A stretch of DNA of 64,000 nt, from the NCBI GenBank assembly GCA_965262915.1, contig OZ253564.1, forward strand, positions 960,001-1,024,000, in the 5' to 3' direction. A program made the position numbers and the translations under genes. The first letter of the stretch is position 1. Every line of letters begins with the position of its first letter. The stretch comes from Candidatus Spongiisociaceae bacterium (lineage in GTDB: Bacteria; Actinomycetota; Acidimicrobiia; Spongiisociales; Spongiisociaceae). Below, piece after piece: positions 19,838 to 29,318 of the stretch. A model generated the notes under the pieces. The model was not told the DNA's origin and did no database searches. It worked only from the letters and a program-made list of their open reading frames with translations.

Positions 19838-20239
19838 ATGGAAGACCTCGCGATAGGGTTGCTGAGAGCCACGATGGGCGCCGTTTTCGTCGCCCACGGT
19901 TGGCCGAAGGTCTTCAGGAACACCGCCACCGCCCACGGACCACGCCGTACCGAACAGCTGCTGCGGAGCAAAGGCGTTCCCTATCCGGCCGTGGTAGCGC
20001 AGCTCGCCGGATATGTGGAGTTGGTAGGCGGATCGATGGTGTTCCTGGGCCTGTTCACACGGGTGGCAGTCATCCCGCTGATCGTGATCCTGATCCTTGC
20101 GATTCCGATGGTCAAGTGGAAGAACGGGTTCGTGGATGGATGGGATTGGCCTTTTACCCTGATCATCGTGGGCATAGTCCTGCTGATGCTCGGCTCCGGC
20201 GAGATGAGCATCGACGCCCTTCTCGGCCTGGCCGGCTGA
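19838..20239 (+). CDS. DoxX-family membrane protein
   Basis: LLR..G..F.AHG..K, ELVGG..LGLFTR, GSG.MSID. Confidence 0.85.
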   Translation: MEDLAIGLLRATMGAVFVAHGWPKVFRNTATAHGPRRTEQLLRSKGVPYPAVVAQLAGYVELVGGSMVFLGLFTRVAVIPLIVILILAIPMVKWKNGFVDGWDWPFTLIIVGIVLLMLGSGEMSIDALLGLAG

Positions 20240-20314
20240 AGGGGTACTCGATGAAGCTGATGCCCGTTCCTGCGGGCTACCCGACCACACCAAGATAGGA
20301 GGAGGGCTCCGAAG

Positions 20315-21580
20315 ATGAACGAGATACTGGAGAGGCTGAGCCCTGCCTTCACCTCCGAACTCCGAGACGAGATGGTGGGCATGACGTGCGATCTCGTCGA
20401 CATCCCGAGTCCCACCGGAGAGGAAGGTCGGATAGCCGACTACGTGGCTCACCGGTTCCGGGAGATCGGAATGGACATCGAACTTCAGGAGGTTGAACCC
20501 GACAGGTACAACGTCATAGCCAGGTTGAGAGGCCGAGGAAGGGGTCGCAGCCTCCTGCTGGGGGCACACTTCGATACCGGGATGACCGGAAAGGATCCCG
20601 GAATGCCGTTCGGTCTTCTACCAAAGGCGACCCTGGACGGTACCGGCTGGATCTACGGCCTCGGTGTTTCCAACATGAAGTCGGCATTCGCCGCGTACTA
20701 CGGGGCTATCCGAGCGATACAGGACTCGAACCTCGACCTCCGCGGCGACATCATCGTCGCCGGTGTCATAGGGGAGACGGAGAAGTCCCCCACAGACGAG
20801 TTCGCGGGTCCCGCATACCGGGCCGGAGGGTGGGGAACCATGTACGCGGCCCAGCACGGCGTCGTGGCGGATGCGGCCATCATCGGCGAACCCACCGGGC
20901 TGAGAGTGCAGACCGGTAACTCCAGCTACATCTTCGCCAAGGTGACGACCCGCGGCGTATCGCGCCACACATGGTCCAAGGAACACGGGGATGACGCCAT
21001 CGAGAAGGCTGTCCGCGTGCTGGACGCCTTCCGGGCTTGGGAACCGGAGTTCGCCGCCGGCCACGATCATCCGACCATGGGTACCCGGATCGGTTTCGGA
21101 GCGATCCGGGGTGGTAATCCCTTCCAGCCGGCGGTCAACCCGGCTCGCAGCTGCACCCTGTACCTCGACTTCCGCTTCCCACCTACCGCCACCATCATGG
21201 ACGTGCATCGCCAGGTCAGGGGGTTCCTCGACGATCTCCGCGAGCGGGACCCGGTGTTGGAGACCGAACTCTCCTTCTACCTGTGCCGCAACGGGTACGA
21301 GATCAGCGATGACGAGCCCCTCGTCCAGACGGTCGAACGCGCTCACCAGGCGGTGTTCGAAACCCCTTCGAGCCATGTCGAGCCCTACCGCTACGACGTG
21401 TCCGCCGACACCTCGATACTTCACGAATACGGGGTGCCGGCCCTGACGTACGGCCCGGGTGGTATCCGAAAGGACGGCGTCTACGACGTGTACGACCAGT
21501 ACGGAGAGATTGTTTCGATCGAGAATCTGGTCCGCTGCACCCAGGTCTACGCGCAGTGCATCGTTGACATCTGCGGCTAG
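20315..21580 (+). CDS. M20/ArgE-DapE family amidohydrolase (deacylase/deformylase-like)
   Basis: DIPSPTGEE, GAHFDT, YGLGVSNMK, IGEPT, YGPG. Confidence 0.85.
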   Translation: MNEILERLSPAFTSELRDEMVGMTCDLVDIPSPTGEEGRIADYVAHRFREIGMDIELQEVEPDRYNVIARLRGRGRGRSLLLGAHFDTGMTGKDPGMPFGLLPKATLDGTGWIYGLGVSNMKSAFAAYYGAIRAIQDSNLDLRGDIIVAGVIGETEKSPTDEFAGPAYRAGGWGTMYAAQHGVVADAAIIGEPTGLRVQTGNSSYIFAKVTTRGVSRHTWSKEHGDDAIEKAVRVLDAFRAWEPEFAAGHDHPTMGTRIGFGAIRGGNPFQPAVNPARSCTLYLDFRFPPTATIMDVHRQVRGFLDDLRERDPVLETELSFYLCRNGYEISDDEPLVQTVERAHQAVFETPSSHVEPYRYDVSADTSILHEYGVPALTYGPGGIRKDGVYDVYDQYGEIVSIENLVRCTQVYAQCIVDICG

Positions 21581-21726
21581 CCGGCCAGCAGGCAAGAGCG
21601 GAGCGCGTCCATCGCTTTTCGTACGGGTTCTGGAAAAACTAGATGTATACCGTATATCTGGACGCCTATACTCGCCCGATGACCAATCAGGACTGGGTCG
21701 AACGGACCTAATGTGAGCGATGGATC

Positions 21727-22653
21727 GTGAGGGTCGAAGAAGTCTCGTTCTACTCGGAAGGAGACAGCATCTCGGCGATCCTGCGTCTCCCGGACGGGGA
21801 GCCGGACCGCCCTTACCCCGCGGTCGTCCAAGGTCCCGGTTGGCTCGGTCTCAAGGACGCTCAGCTCTACCTCCGGTATCACGAAGCGCTCACCGGCGCG
21901 GGTATCGCGGTGCTGATCTTCGACTATCGCGGGTTCGGCGGGTCCGAAGGAGCGAGCGACCTCCTCCTGCCCTCCCGCCAGCTGGAAGACCTCATCAATG
22001 CTGTGACCTACCTGGCGTCACGACCGGACATCGACGAGGACAACATCGGCGCGTTCGGGAGCGGGGGAACCGGCGGAGGGAATGCGGTGATGCTGGCCGC
22101 GGCGGATCCTCGGATCGGCTGTGCCGTTTCCCAAGTCCCCGTCGCTGATGGAGAGGACTGGCTTCGCCGGATGCGCCGCGAGTACGAGTGGCACGAGCTC
22201 CTGGATTCCCTTGCCGCCGACCGTACCAGTCGGGTGTTGACCGGGGAGAGCAGGCTGGTGCATCCTCGCGAGGACATCATGCTGCAGACACCGGAGCGAC
22301 GGACCACGAAGGTCAAGAAAGATGTCGACTCGCGTGTTCCCACCAGGGTGCAGTTACGCAGCGTGGATGGCCTGCTGGCTTACAAACCGATCGAGGTAGT
22401 GGACAAGATCGAGGACGCCCCGCTCCTCATCATCGCCGTGGAGGACGACCCGGTTACCCCCACCGATCACGCGGTTGCCCTTTACGAGCGCGCCCGCCCC
22501 CCCAAGAAGCTCATCATGCAGCGCCACACGACCCACTACGGCGCCTACGCACAATATGGAGATACGGTCGCTCCCCAGATTGCCGCCTGGTTCACCGAGC
22601 ATCTACGGCGGGGACCCGTCCGGCTCCACCATGACCCTGGAGGAACAACGTGA
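21727..22653 (+). CDS. Alpha/beta-fold hydrolase (FrsA/S15-like)
   Basis: FDYRGFGGSEG, GAFGSGGTGGG elbow region, DPVTP, THY. Confidence 0.8.
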   Translation: MRVEEVSFYSEGDSISAILRLPDGEPDRPYPAVVQGPGWLGLKDAQLYLRYHEALTGAGIAVLIFDYRGFGGSEGASDLLLPSRQLEDLINAVTYLASRPDIDEDNIGAFGSGGTGGGNAVMLAAADPRIGCAVSQVPVADGEDWLRRMRREYEWHELLDSLAADRTSRVLTGESRLVHPREDIMLQTPERRTTKVKKDVDSRVPTRVQLRSVDGLLAYKPIEVVDKIEDAPLLIIAVEDDPVTPTDHAVALYERARPPKKLIMQRHTTHYGAYAQYGDTVAPQIAAWFTEHLRRGPVRLHHDPGGTT

Positions 22654-24023
22654 CACACGACCTGGCCGTAGTAGGCGGAACGCTCGTATCCGGCTCGGGT
22701 CGACGCCGCGCCGATCTCCTGATCTCCGATGGGCGGGTAGCCGAGGTCAGATCCGGCGACGGCGCCGGCCAGGAGGCGCGTCAGGTGGTCGACGCCACCG
22801 GCAAGCTGGTGCTCCCCGGCATGGTCGACGTGCACGTGCACACTCGGGATCCCGGTTACACGCACAAGGAAGACCTGATCACCTGCACCCGGGCTGCGGC
22901 AGCCGGCGGGGTGACGACCATCTTCGGGATGCCCAACCTCGATCCCCCCACCGTCACCAGGACCCATCTCAGTGACGTACTGGATCTGTACCGCACCAAG
23001 AGCATTGTCGACTACAACCACAACCCGGTACCCACCCACGGCGAGACCGAAGCGATGGCTGAGGCTGGAGTGGCGGCTTTCAAGGTCTACATGGTGGTGG
23101 ACACGGGTCGTACGTATCCGCATCCGGCCGGTACGGGTATACACGACCACGGCCACCTGCTGCAGATGTTCGAGGATGTTGAAGCCACCGGGCGGATCTT
23201 CATGGTCCACCCACACGACCAAGCCCTGATGGACCATGTTGAGCAGGGCTACTGGAAGAGGGGGGACCGCAGTCCCGAAGCCTATGCCAAGACCCTTGCA
23301 ACCCACGACGGCATCATCTGGGACACCGCAACCGCCACCCTGCTCCGGATGGCCAAGGCCACCGGGTGCCGTCTCCACATCGTCCACGTGCAGACCACCG
23401 AGGGGATAGCGATGATCCGCCGGGCCAAGGAGGAGGGCCTGCCGATCACCGCCGAGGTCAACCACTGGGCCCTGTTTCTCGGTAGTTGGGATGATGTGCT
23501 CGAACTCGGTCCCTATTGCCTGTCCTACTGGGTGCCCGATCACCACAAGGCCGCTGTCTGGGACGCCATCAACGATGGGACGATCGACATCGTGTCGTCG
23601 GATCATGCCCCCCACACCCGGGCCGAGAAGGACGTGGGCTGGGAGGACATGTGGGCGGCCCACACGGGCACACCGGGGATCCAGCATCAGGTGCCGTTGC
23701 TGCTCGACGCGGCTAGCCGGGGGAAGCTGACCATCGAGCGGGTGGTGGAGTTGACGGCCGAAGCGCCGGCTCGGTCCTTCGACATAGCCTCCAAGGGCTA
23801 TCTCGAACCCGGGTTCGATGCGGACCTGATGATCGTCGACCCGTCCAAGGAGTGGACCATCAGACACCAGGACGTGCTGTCCAAGATCGGATGGACCCCT
23901 TATGACGGCCGCCAAGTGGTGGGGGCGGTGGAATGCACCTTCCTTAGGGGTACCGAGATCTACGGTGACGGAACCGTCAAGGGCAGGCCCGGATACGGTC
24001 GTCACGTGAAACCCAGCCAATAG
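22650..24023 (+). CDS. Cyclic amidohydrolase (dihydroorotase/allantoinase/hydantoinase family)
   Basis: DVHVH, AAAGGVTT..MPN, FKVYM, HIVH, SDHAPH. Confidence 0.9.
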   Translation: MTHDLAVVGGTLVSGSGRRRADLLISDGRVAEVRSGDGAGQEARQVVDATGKLVLPGMVDVHVHTRDPGYTHKEDLITCTRAAAAGGVTTIFGMPNLDPPTVTRTHLSDVLDLYRTKSIVDYNHNPVPTHGETEAMAEAGVAAFKVYMVVDTGRTYPHPAGTGIHDHGHLLQMFEDVEATGRIFMVHPHDQALMDHVEQGYWKRGDRSPEAYAKTLATHDGIIWDTATATLLRMAKATGCRLHIVHVQTTEGIAMIRRAKEEGLPITAEVNHWALFLGSWDDVLELGPYCLSYWVPDHHKAAVWDAINDGTIDIVSSDHAPHTRAEKDVGWEDMWAAHTGTPGIQHQVPLLLDAASRGKLTIERVVELTAEAPARSFDIASKGYLEPGFDADLMIVDPSKEWTIRHQDVLSKIGWTPYDGRQVVGAVECTFLRGTEIYGDGTVKGRPGYGRHVKPSQ

Positions 24024-24042
24024 AAACAAGAGGATTACCGGT

Positions 24043-25035
24043 ATGAAACTTGGCTTGCTCCTGCCCCATTTCGGTGTTTACGCCAACCGCGAGCGAATCC
24101 TGATCGGCTCGCGCCTGGCCGAAGAGCTGGGGTTCGACTCTCTGTGGGTTCGGGACCATCTCGTGTTCGAGCCCCACGCGGAACTGGAGAACCCGAACAT
24201 CGTGTTCTACGAAGCCCTCACGACCCTCACGGCGGTGGGTGCCGTGACCGACCACATCACGCTCGGAACGGGATCACTGATCCCGTTCCGCCATCCGATC
24301 CACACCGCCCTGTCAGTCGGTTCGCTCGCACAGCTGGTGGGCGATCGGATCATCCTCGGCTATGGCGCGGGTACGTTCGATCACGAGTTCGAGGCCATCG
24401 GCATGCCAGGCATCTTCCGTCCCGAACTGGTCGAGTCGAACGCCAACATCCTCAAGCGTCTCTTCTCCGAGGACAACGTGGATTACGTCGATGATCATTA
24501 CGAGATCAAGGCGATCTCGATCGAACCGAAGCCTACCGGCCCCGTTCCCTTCTGGTATTGCGGGTCGACACCGGCTTCCGCCCGCCGGGCAGTCAGGTAC
24601 TGCGACGGCTGGATGCCGGGAAGGACCACCCTGGCCACCATCGAAAAGAGAGTGGCGGCGATGGACAGGATGGCTGCCGAAGCAGGCCGGAGCCGTCCCA
24701 CGGTTGCGGTCATCCCCCCGACCTCCATCGCCAAGACCCGCGAGGAGGCTTTCGATGGCCTCAACATCGACGGCCTGCTGAGGTGGGCCAACGAACGCGG
24801 CAAATGGTGGGTGAAGCCTCCTTCGGGTGTATTCGAGACCGCGGCCGACATCGAAGGTTCGCTGATCGCTGGGTCACCCGACGACGTGGTGGAGGAGGTG
24901 ACCAAGTTTGCCGCCGTCGGAGTGGAACACCTAGTTTTCGACCTGCGGCTCAGGTTCGACAGGTGGTTCGAGTCGATCGAGCTGCTCGGGGATCAGGTCC
25001 TTCCGCGGTTGAGAGAACTGGGCTTGGCGGATTGA
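24043..25035 (+). CDS. LLM-class flavin/F420-dependent oxidoreductase
   Basis: AEELGFDSLWVRDH, DGWMP, IAGSPDDV. Confidence 0.88.
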   Translation: MKLGLLLPHFGVYANRERILIGSRLAEELGFDSLWVRDHLVFEPHAELENPNIVFYEALTTLTAVGAVTDHITLGTGSLIPFRHPIHTALSVGSLAQLVGDRIILGYGAGTFDHEFEAIGMPGIFRPELVESNANILKRLFSEDNVDYVDDHYEIKAISIEPKPTGPVPFWYCGSTPASARRAVRYCDGWMPGRTTLATIEKRVAAMDRMAAEAGRSRPTVAVIPPTSIAKTREEAFDGLNIDGLLRWANERGKWWVKPPSGVFETAADIEGSLIAGSPDDVVEEVTKFAAVGVEHLVFDLRLRFDRWFESIELLGDQVLPRLRELGLAD

Positions 25036-25111
25036 TCCGAGTTCGTCCGGTCTGTTCGGGCGATAGCAGCGCGGCGTCATCACCGCAGGAGGTACAGTCG
25101 GGGGCCGGGTC

Positions 25112-26344
25112 ATGGATCTAGATATCAACACCACCCAACCTGACCCTCCCCCCAGCCCACCCCTGCGCCTGCTTCTCCGGAGGAACTTCGGTCCCTACTT
25201 TGTCGGCAACCTGATGTCGAACATGGGTACCTGGATCCAGAACATCGCTCTGGCGCTCCTCATCTTCCGGCTCACCGGGTCGACCTTTCTGGTCGCAATG
25301 ACCACCTTCTCCCAGTTCCTCGGCCTGATCGTGCTCGCCCCGTGGACCGGTTCGGTCGCCGACCGCTTCGACCGGCGAAGATTGATCGTCCTGACACAGG
25401 TAGTGGCCTCGCTTTCCGGCGGAATCCTTGCCCTGGTTACCTACCTGGGGTTGGTGACCCCGGCGTGGTTGATAGGGACCGCCCTGCTCTTCAGCATCAC
25501 GAAGGCCTTCGTGCTCCCGGCGCAGCAGGCGCTGGTTACGCAATTGGTGGAGCGGAAGGACCTGCAGGCTGCGGTGGCTCTGAACTCGATCACTTTCAAT
25601 CTGGCGAGGGCCGTAGGACCGGTAATAGGTGCCGGGCTTATCCTGACCCTCGGTTTCACTTGGGCCTTCTCGATCAATGCGCTCTCCTACCTTGCTCTGG
25701 CCGGGGCGGTGATGGTCGTGAGGATCGAGAGCCCCGAAGCGGGCCGGTCGACGGAACGTACGAGTCTTCTCGAGACCATCCGGGTCGTCAGGAAGGATCC
25801 GCTGATCGGTCCCCTGCTGATTGCGGTGGCGGCGACCTCGATAGCGGTCGATCCCGTGAACAACTTGACTCCCGCATTCGCCGTCGAGATCTACGGGAAG
25901 CCAGACACCTTCACGGGTGTGCTCATAGGAATGTTCGGGTTGGGCGCCGCGCTTACTGCCGCCTTCGTAGTGACGAAGGTACGAGCTACCTTCCGCAGTA
26001 TCTCTCTCGGGATGGCCGGACTCGGCGTGGCTATCGTGACCTTCGGGATGTCCGGTCATCCGAATACGGGTATGGCCGCCCTGTTTGTCGGCGGGATCAT
26101 GTACATAGTCTCGGTAACCCTCTCGACCACCCTGGTGCAGATCAACACGGCCGAAGACCATCGCGGCCGCGTGATGGCCCTGTGGGGCGTAGCCTTCCTC
26201 GGGCTTCGGCCCCTGGCGAGCTTGGTCGATGGGTCCGTGGCCACCCTGGTGAACGTCAGGATGGCGGCGCTCGTAATGGCTGTACCCGTCCTACTGGGAG
26301 CGGCCTACCTGGCCCGACACAGCCGGCGGTCGAAGCGGACCTGA
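25112..26344 (+). CDS. MFS transporter
   Basis: GSVADRFDRRRL motif A; ~12 TM segments. Confidence 0.9.
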   Translation: MDLDINTTQPDPPPSPPLRLLLRRNFGPYFVGNLMSNMGTWIQNIALALLIFRLTGSTFLVAMTTFSQFLGLIVLAPWTGSVADRFDRRRLIVLTQVVASLSGGILALVTYLGLVTPAWLIGTALLFSITKAFVLPAQQALVTQLVERKDLQAAVALNSITFNLARAVGPVIGAGLILTLGFTWAFSINALSYLALAGAVMVVRIESPEAGRSTERTSLLETIRVVRKDPLIGPLLIAVAATSIAVDPVNNLTPAFAVEIYGKPDTFTGVLIGMFGLGAALTAAFVVTKVRATFRSISLGMAGLGVAIVTFGMSGHPNTGMAALFVGGIMYIVSVTLSTTLVQINTAEDHRGRVMALWGVAFLGLRPLASLVDGSVATLVNVRMAALVMAVPVLLGAAYLARHSRRSKRT

Positions 26345-26528
26345 CACCGGCGCCCTTCCGGAGCCTCTACGCTTCCGTGTGAATGGTGTCACCCCCGGAC
26401 GGCTTCTTCGAACGCGGCGCTCGGACCGCTTGGAATGACTCGCAGTGGCTCGTGTCCTATCCGGACATGGGCCGGGAACGGGCGAGGAGTGCCCAGTTTC
26501 CCTCTTCCCGACCTGCAGCCGGGCTTAG

Positions 26529-27878
26529 ATGATGGATGCTACCGGGTCGTCGGTGTTCTACCGGAGTCCGGGCGACGAGTACCCGTTGTTCGTCCGCGCC
26601 GAGGGCTGCCGCCTGTGGGATGCAACCGGGCACGAACTGGTCGACCTCACCAGCGGCGTCTCGGGTGCGGCGATCATCGGTCAGGGCCGCGAGGACATCG
26701 CGACAGCGATGGCAGAACAGGTCCGGCGCCTCTCCTACATGCACACGGTGGCCGGAACCACCGTCCCTCAAGAGCGCCTCGCCGAACGGCTGGCGGATCT
26801 CGCGCCCGACGGTGTTGACCGGGTCATGTTCAGTTCGGGTGGGAGCGAGGCCAACGAGGTCGCCTTGCGCATCGCCCGCCAGTACCACCTCGCCCGCGGC
26901 GAAGCCTCCCGATGGAAGGTTGCCAGCCTCGCGCCGAGTTACCACGGCGCCACCGCCGGGGCACTGTCGATGACCGGGCGGTGGGACATCAACCGCAGTT
27001 ACCAGCCATATCTCTTCAGGACCTCCAAGGTCCCCGCTCCGGTCACCTACCGGGGTCCGTACAGTGGTCTGGCGCCGGAGCAGGTCGCGAAGCGCGCCGC
27101 TGCCGCGCTGGACGCCGCCATCGAGAGCGAGGGACCCGATTCGGTCTCGGCGTTCATAGCCGAACCCATCGCCCTGTCGACCGGAATGGCGGTTCCCCCG
27201 GACGAATACTGGACCCTGGTCCGGGAAGTCTGCGACCGGCACGGGGTCCTGTTCATAGCCGACGAGGTGATAACCGGGATGTGGCGCACCGGTAGGTTCC
27301 TGGCCCTGGAACACACCGGGGTGGTAGCTGATATGACCACCATGGCCAAGGGGTTGGGAGCGGGCTATGCACCGCTGGGTGCCACCCTGATCAGCAGAAG
27401 CGTTGCCGACACCATCGCCGCCGAGAACCGCCGGATGGCCGAGGTCCACACCTACAGCGGCAGCGCCCAGTCCTGCGCGGTCGGGCTGGCCGTTCTCGAC
27501 GCCATCGAATCCGAGGGCTTGGTCGAGCAAGCCGGGAAGAAGGGTGATCTGCTGTCGGACCTGCTAGCAGACCGGATAGAGGATCTGCCGTGGGTGGGCG
27601 ATGTACGCGGGCGCGGTCTCTTGCGGGGAATCGAACTGGTGGCCGACAAGGTAGAGAGAGGTCCACTGCCTCCGGAGGCCGGAGTCACCCGATCCCTTCC
27701 GGACACCATGTGGCGGCGCGGTTTCCTATCCCGCACCCTGCACCACGGAAGCGCGCTCGTCGGTGATGTCGTCAGCGTCAATCCCGCTCTGACCATCGAC
27801 ATCGAGGACCTCGAGCGCGGTGTCGACTCTCTGCGTTCCTCGATCGTCGAACTCGGTACCGGATGGTTGAACCTGTAG
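26529..27878 (+). CDS. Class-III PLP aminotransferase
   Basis: GSEANE, SYHG, FIADEVITG, MAKGLGAGY. Confidence 0.92.
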   Translation: MMDATGSSVFYRSPGDEYPLFVRAEGCRLWDATGHELVDLTSGVSGAAIIGQGREDIATAMAEQVRRLSYMHTVAGTTVPQERLAERLADLAPDGVDRVMFSSGGSEANEVALRIARQYHLARGEASRWKVASLAPSYHGATAGALSMTGRWDINRSYQPYLFRTSKVPAPVTYRGPYSGLAPEQVAKRAAAALDAAIESEGPDSVSAFIAEPIALSTGMAVPPDEYWTLVREVCDRHGVLFIADEVITGMWRTGRFLALEHTGVVADMTTMAKGLGAGYAPLGATLISRSVADTIAAENRRMAEVHTYSGSAQSCAVGLAVLDAIESEGLVEQAGKKGDLLSDLLADRIEDLPWVGDVRGRGLLRGIELVADKVERGPLPPEAGVTRSLPDTMWRRGFLSRTLHHGSALVGDVVSVNPALTIDIEDLERGVDSLRSSIVELGTGWLNL

Positions 27879-27948
27879 CCGGGAACACCAAGCTGTATAG
27901 GTTTGGCCGCGGTCGATTCGTTTCAATATGCGATCTCGTAGCCCGGCC

Positions 27949-27969
27949 ATACCGTATCTGATACGGTAT
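27949..27969. promoter_or_regulatory. Perfect palindrome, candidate operator
   Basis: ATACCGTATC-T-GATACGGTAT upstream of the ABC/TenA operon; half-site ATACCGTAT also at 21647-21655. Confidence 0.55.
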
Positions 27970-28030
27970 TCCATAAGGTTTCGGCGGCGGGCCGCTCGGA
28001 CCCGCCTGATTGAATGGGAGGGCAGAGACG

Positions 28031-29281
28031 ATGAGGTACCGGCCGGGGCAGGGGCGGATGAGTATCGCCCGGAAGCTTCTAGTAGGTCTGTCTGTACTGC
28101 TCTTGGTGGCGGCCGCCTGCGGAGACAGCGAAACCTCGTCCGGCGGGGAGGCAACGTCGGCTGCCACGACCGCGGCGCCCGCGACAACAGCCGCGCCACA
28201 AACCACCGCGGCTCCAGAGACGACGGCCGCGCCGGAAGCTACGGCGGGTCCGGACACCACTGCCGCTCCCGATACGACGGCGGCCCCTGATACGACTGCC
28301 GCCCCGGACACTACGGCAACACCGGAGACCACGATGGCGCCACCGGAACGGGCCACGATCAGGATCGCCCTCGACTTCATACCCAACACCAACCACGCAG
28401 GTGTCTTCATCGCTCGATCCATGGGCCTGTTCGAACGCGAGAACCTGGATGTAGAGGTCATTCCGTGGGCGTTCACGGTCACGGGTGTCCTGGTAGAGGC
28501 AGGGGACGCGGACTTGGGCATAGCGTATCCACCCGACTTGCTGCGCGAGGTGGCGCTCGGTTCTTCGCTGAAGATCGTGGCGGCCATCATCCAGGAGAAC
28601 AACGTCGCTTTGGTGGTTCCTGCCGACTCTCCGTACCAGACGGCAGCCGACCTGGACGCTGCCGAGTCGTACGGTGGTTATGGCACTCCGCACGAGAGAC
28701 CCCTCGTAACTGAGATGCTCACGGCGGCCGGGGCTGCTACCCCCGGTGATTTCCAAGAGGTCGTACTTCAGGGTGGCGCAATCGAGGCCTTGATCGAGGA
28801 CAGGGTCGATTTCAGCGCGGTATTCCAAGGCTGGAGCGAGATCGCTGCCCGACTCGGTGGTACCGAACTCCGCCTCTTCCCCTATGTCGATTTCATTCCG
28901 GAGATCGTGTATCCGGATGTGGTCTTCATTGCTCGATCCGAGATGATCGAGCAGCAACCGGATGTTCTTGTGAGGGCTCTGAGAGCCTTGGGTGAGGCGT
29001 ACACCTTCGCTGCGGAGAACCCCGACCAGGCAACGGACATTCTCATCAGCGAGGTCACCGATCTGCAACAGAGCGAACCACTGGTGAGGGAGAGCGCCCA
29101 ATACCGGGCATCCCAATACCTCAACGCGGCCGGCGTCTGGGGTTGTGTCCAGACATCGCACTTTGCGGGTATCGGCGGTCTGCTGGAACGCTCGGGTGTC
29201 CTGGTGAACGAGGACGGTCAGGTAGTGACAGCACCGGAGTTCTCCGTGTATGCAACCAACGAACTCCTACCCGATTGCTGA
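28031..29281 (+). CDS. NMT1/THI5-like (ThiY-type) ABC substrate-binding lipoprotein
   Basis: Lipobox VAAAC, LDFIPNTNHAG motif; start at 28031 or 28058. Confidence 0.85.
   Translation: MRYRPGQGRMSIARKLLVGLSVLLLVAAACGDSETSSGGEATSAATTAAPATTAAPQTTAAPETTAAPEATAGPDTTAAPDTTAAPDTTAAPDTTATPETTMAPPERATIRIALDFIPNTNHAGVFIARSMGLFERENLDVEVIPWAFTVTGVLVEAGDADLGIAYPPDLLREVALGSSLKIVAAIIQENNVALVVPADSPYQTAADLDAAESYGGYGTPHERPLVTEMLTAAGAATPGDFQEVVLQGGAIEALIEDRVDFSAVFQGWSEIAARLGGTELRLFPYVDFIPEIVYPDVVFIARSEMIEQQPDVLVRALRALGEAYTFAAENPDQATDILISEVTDLQQSEPLVRESAQYRASQYLNAAGVWGCVQTSHFAGIGGLLERSGVLVNEDGQVVTAPEFSVYATNELLPDC
28163..28342 (+). repeat. Coding 18-bp tandem repeat (xTTAAP hexapeptide, ~10 copies)
   Basis: ATTAAP ATTAAP QTTAAP ETTAAP EATAGP DTTAAP x3 DTTATP ETTMAP. 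Confidence 0.9.
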
Positions 29282-29318
29282 TCCTCCGATCGGGATAAGA
29301 CAACTCGAATCCGGTATC

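Noticed and set aside
22650-24023. Housekeeping pyrC
   Set aside because: The context is catabolic with no pyr genes, so only a family-level call is given.
27880-28030. TPP riboswitch before the thiXYZ-like genes
   Set aside because: No CTGAGA / ACCTG..GGGA consensus seen; a DNA palindrome is present instead.
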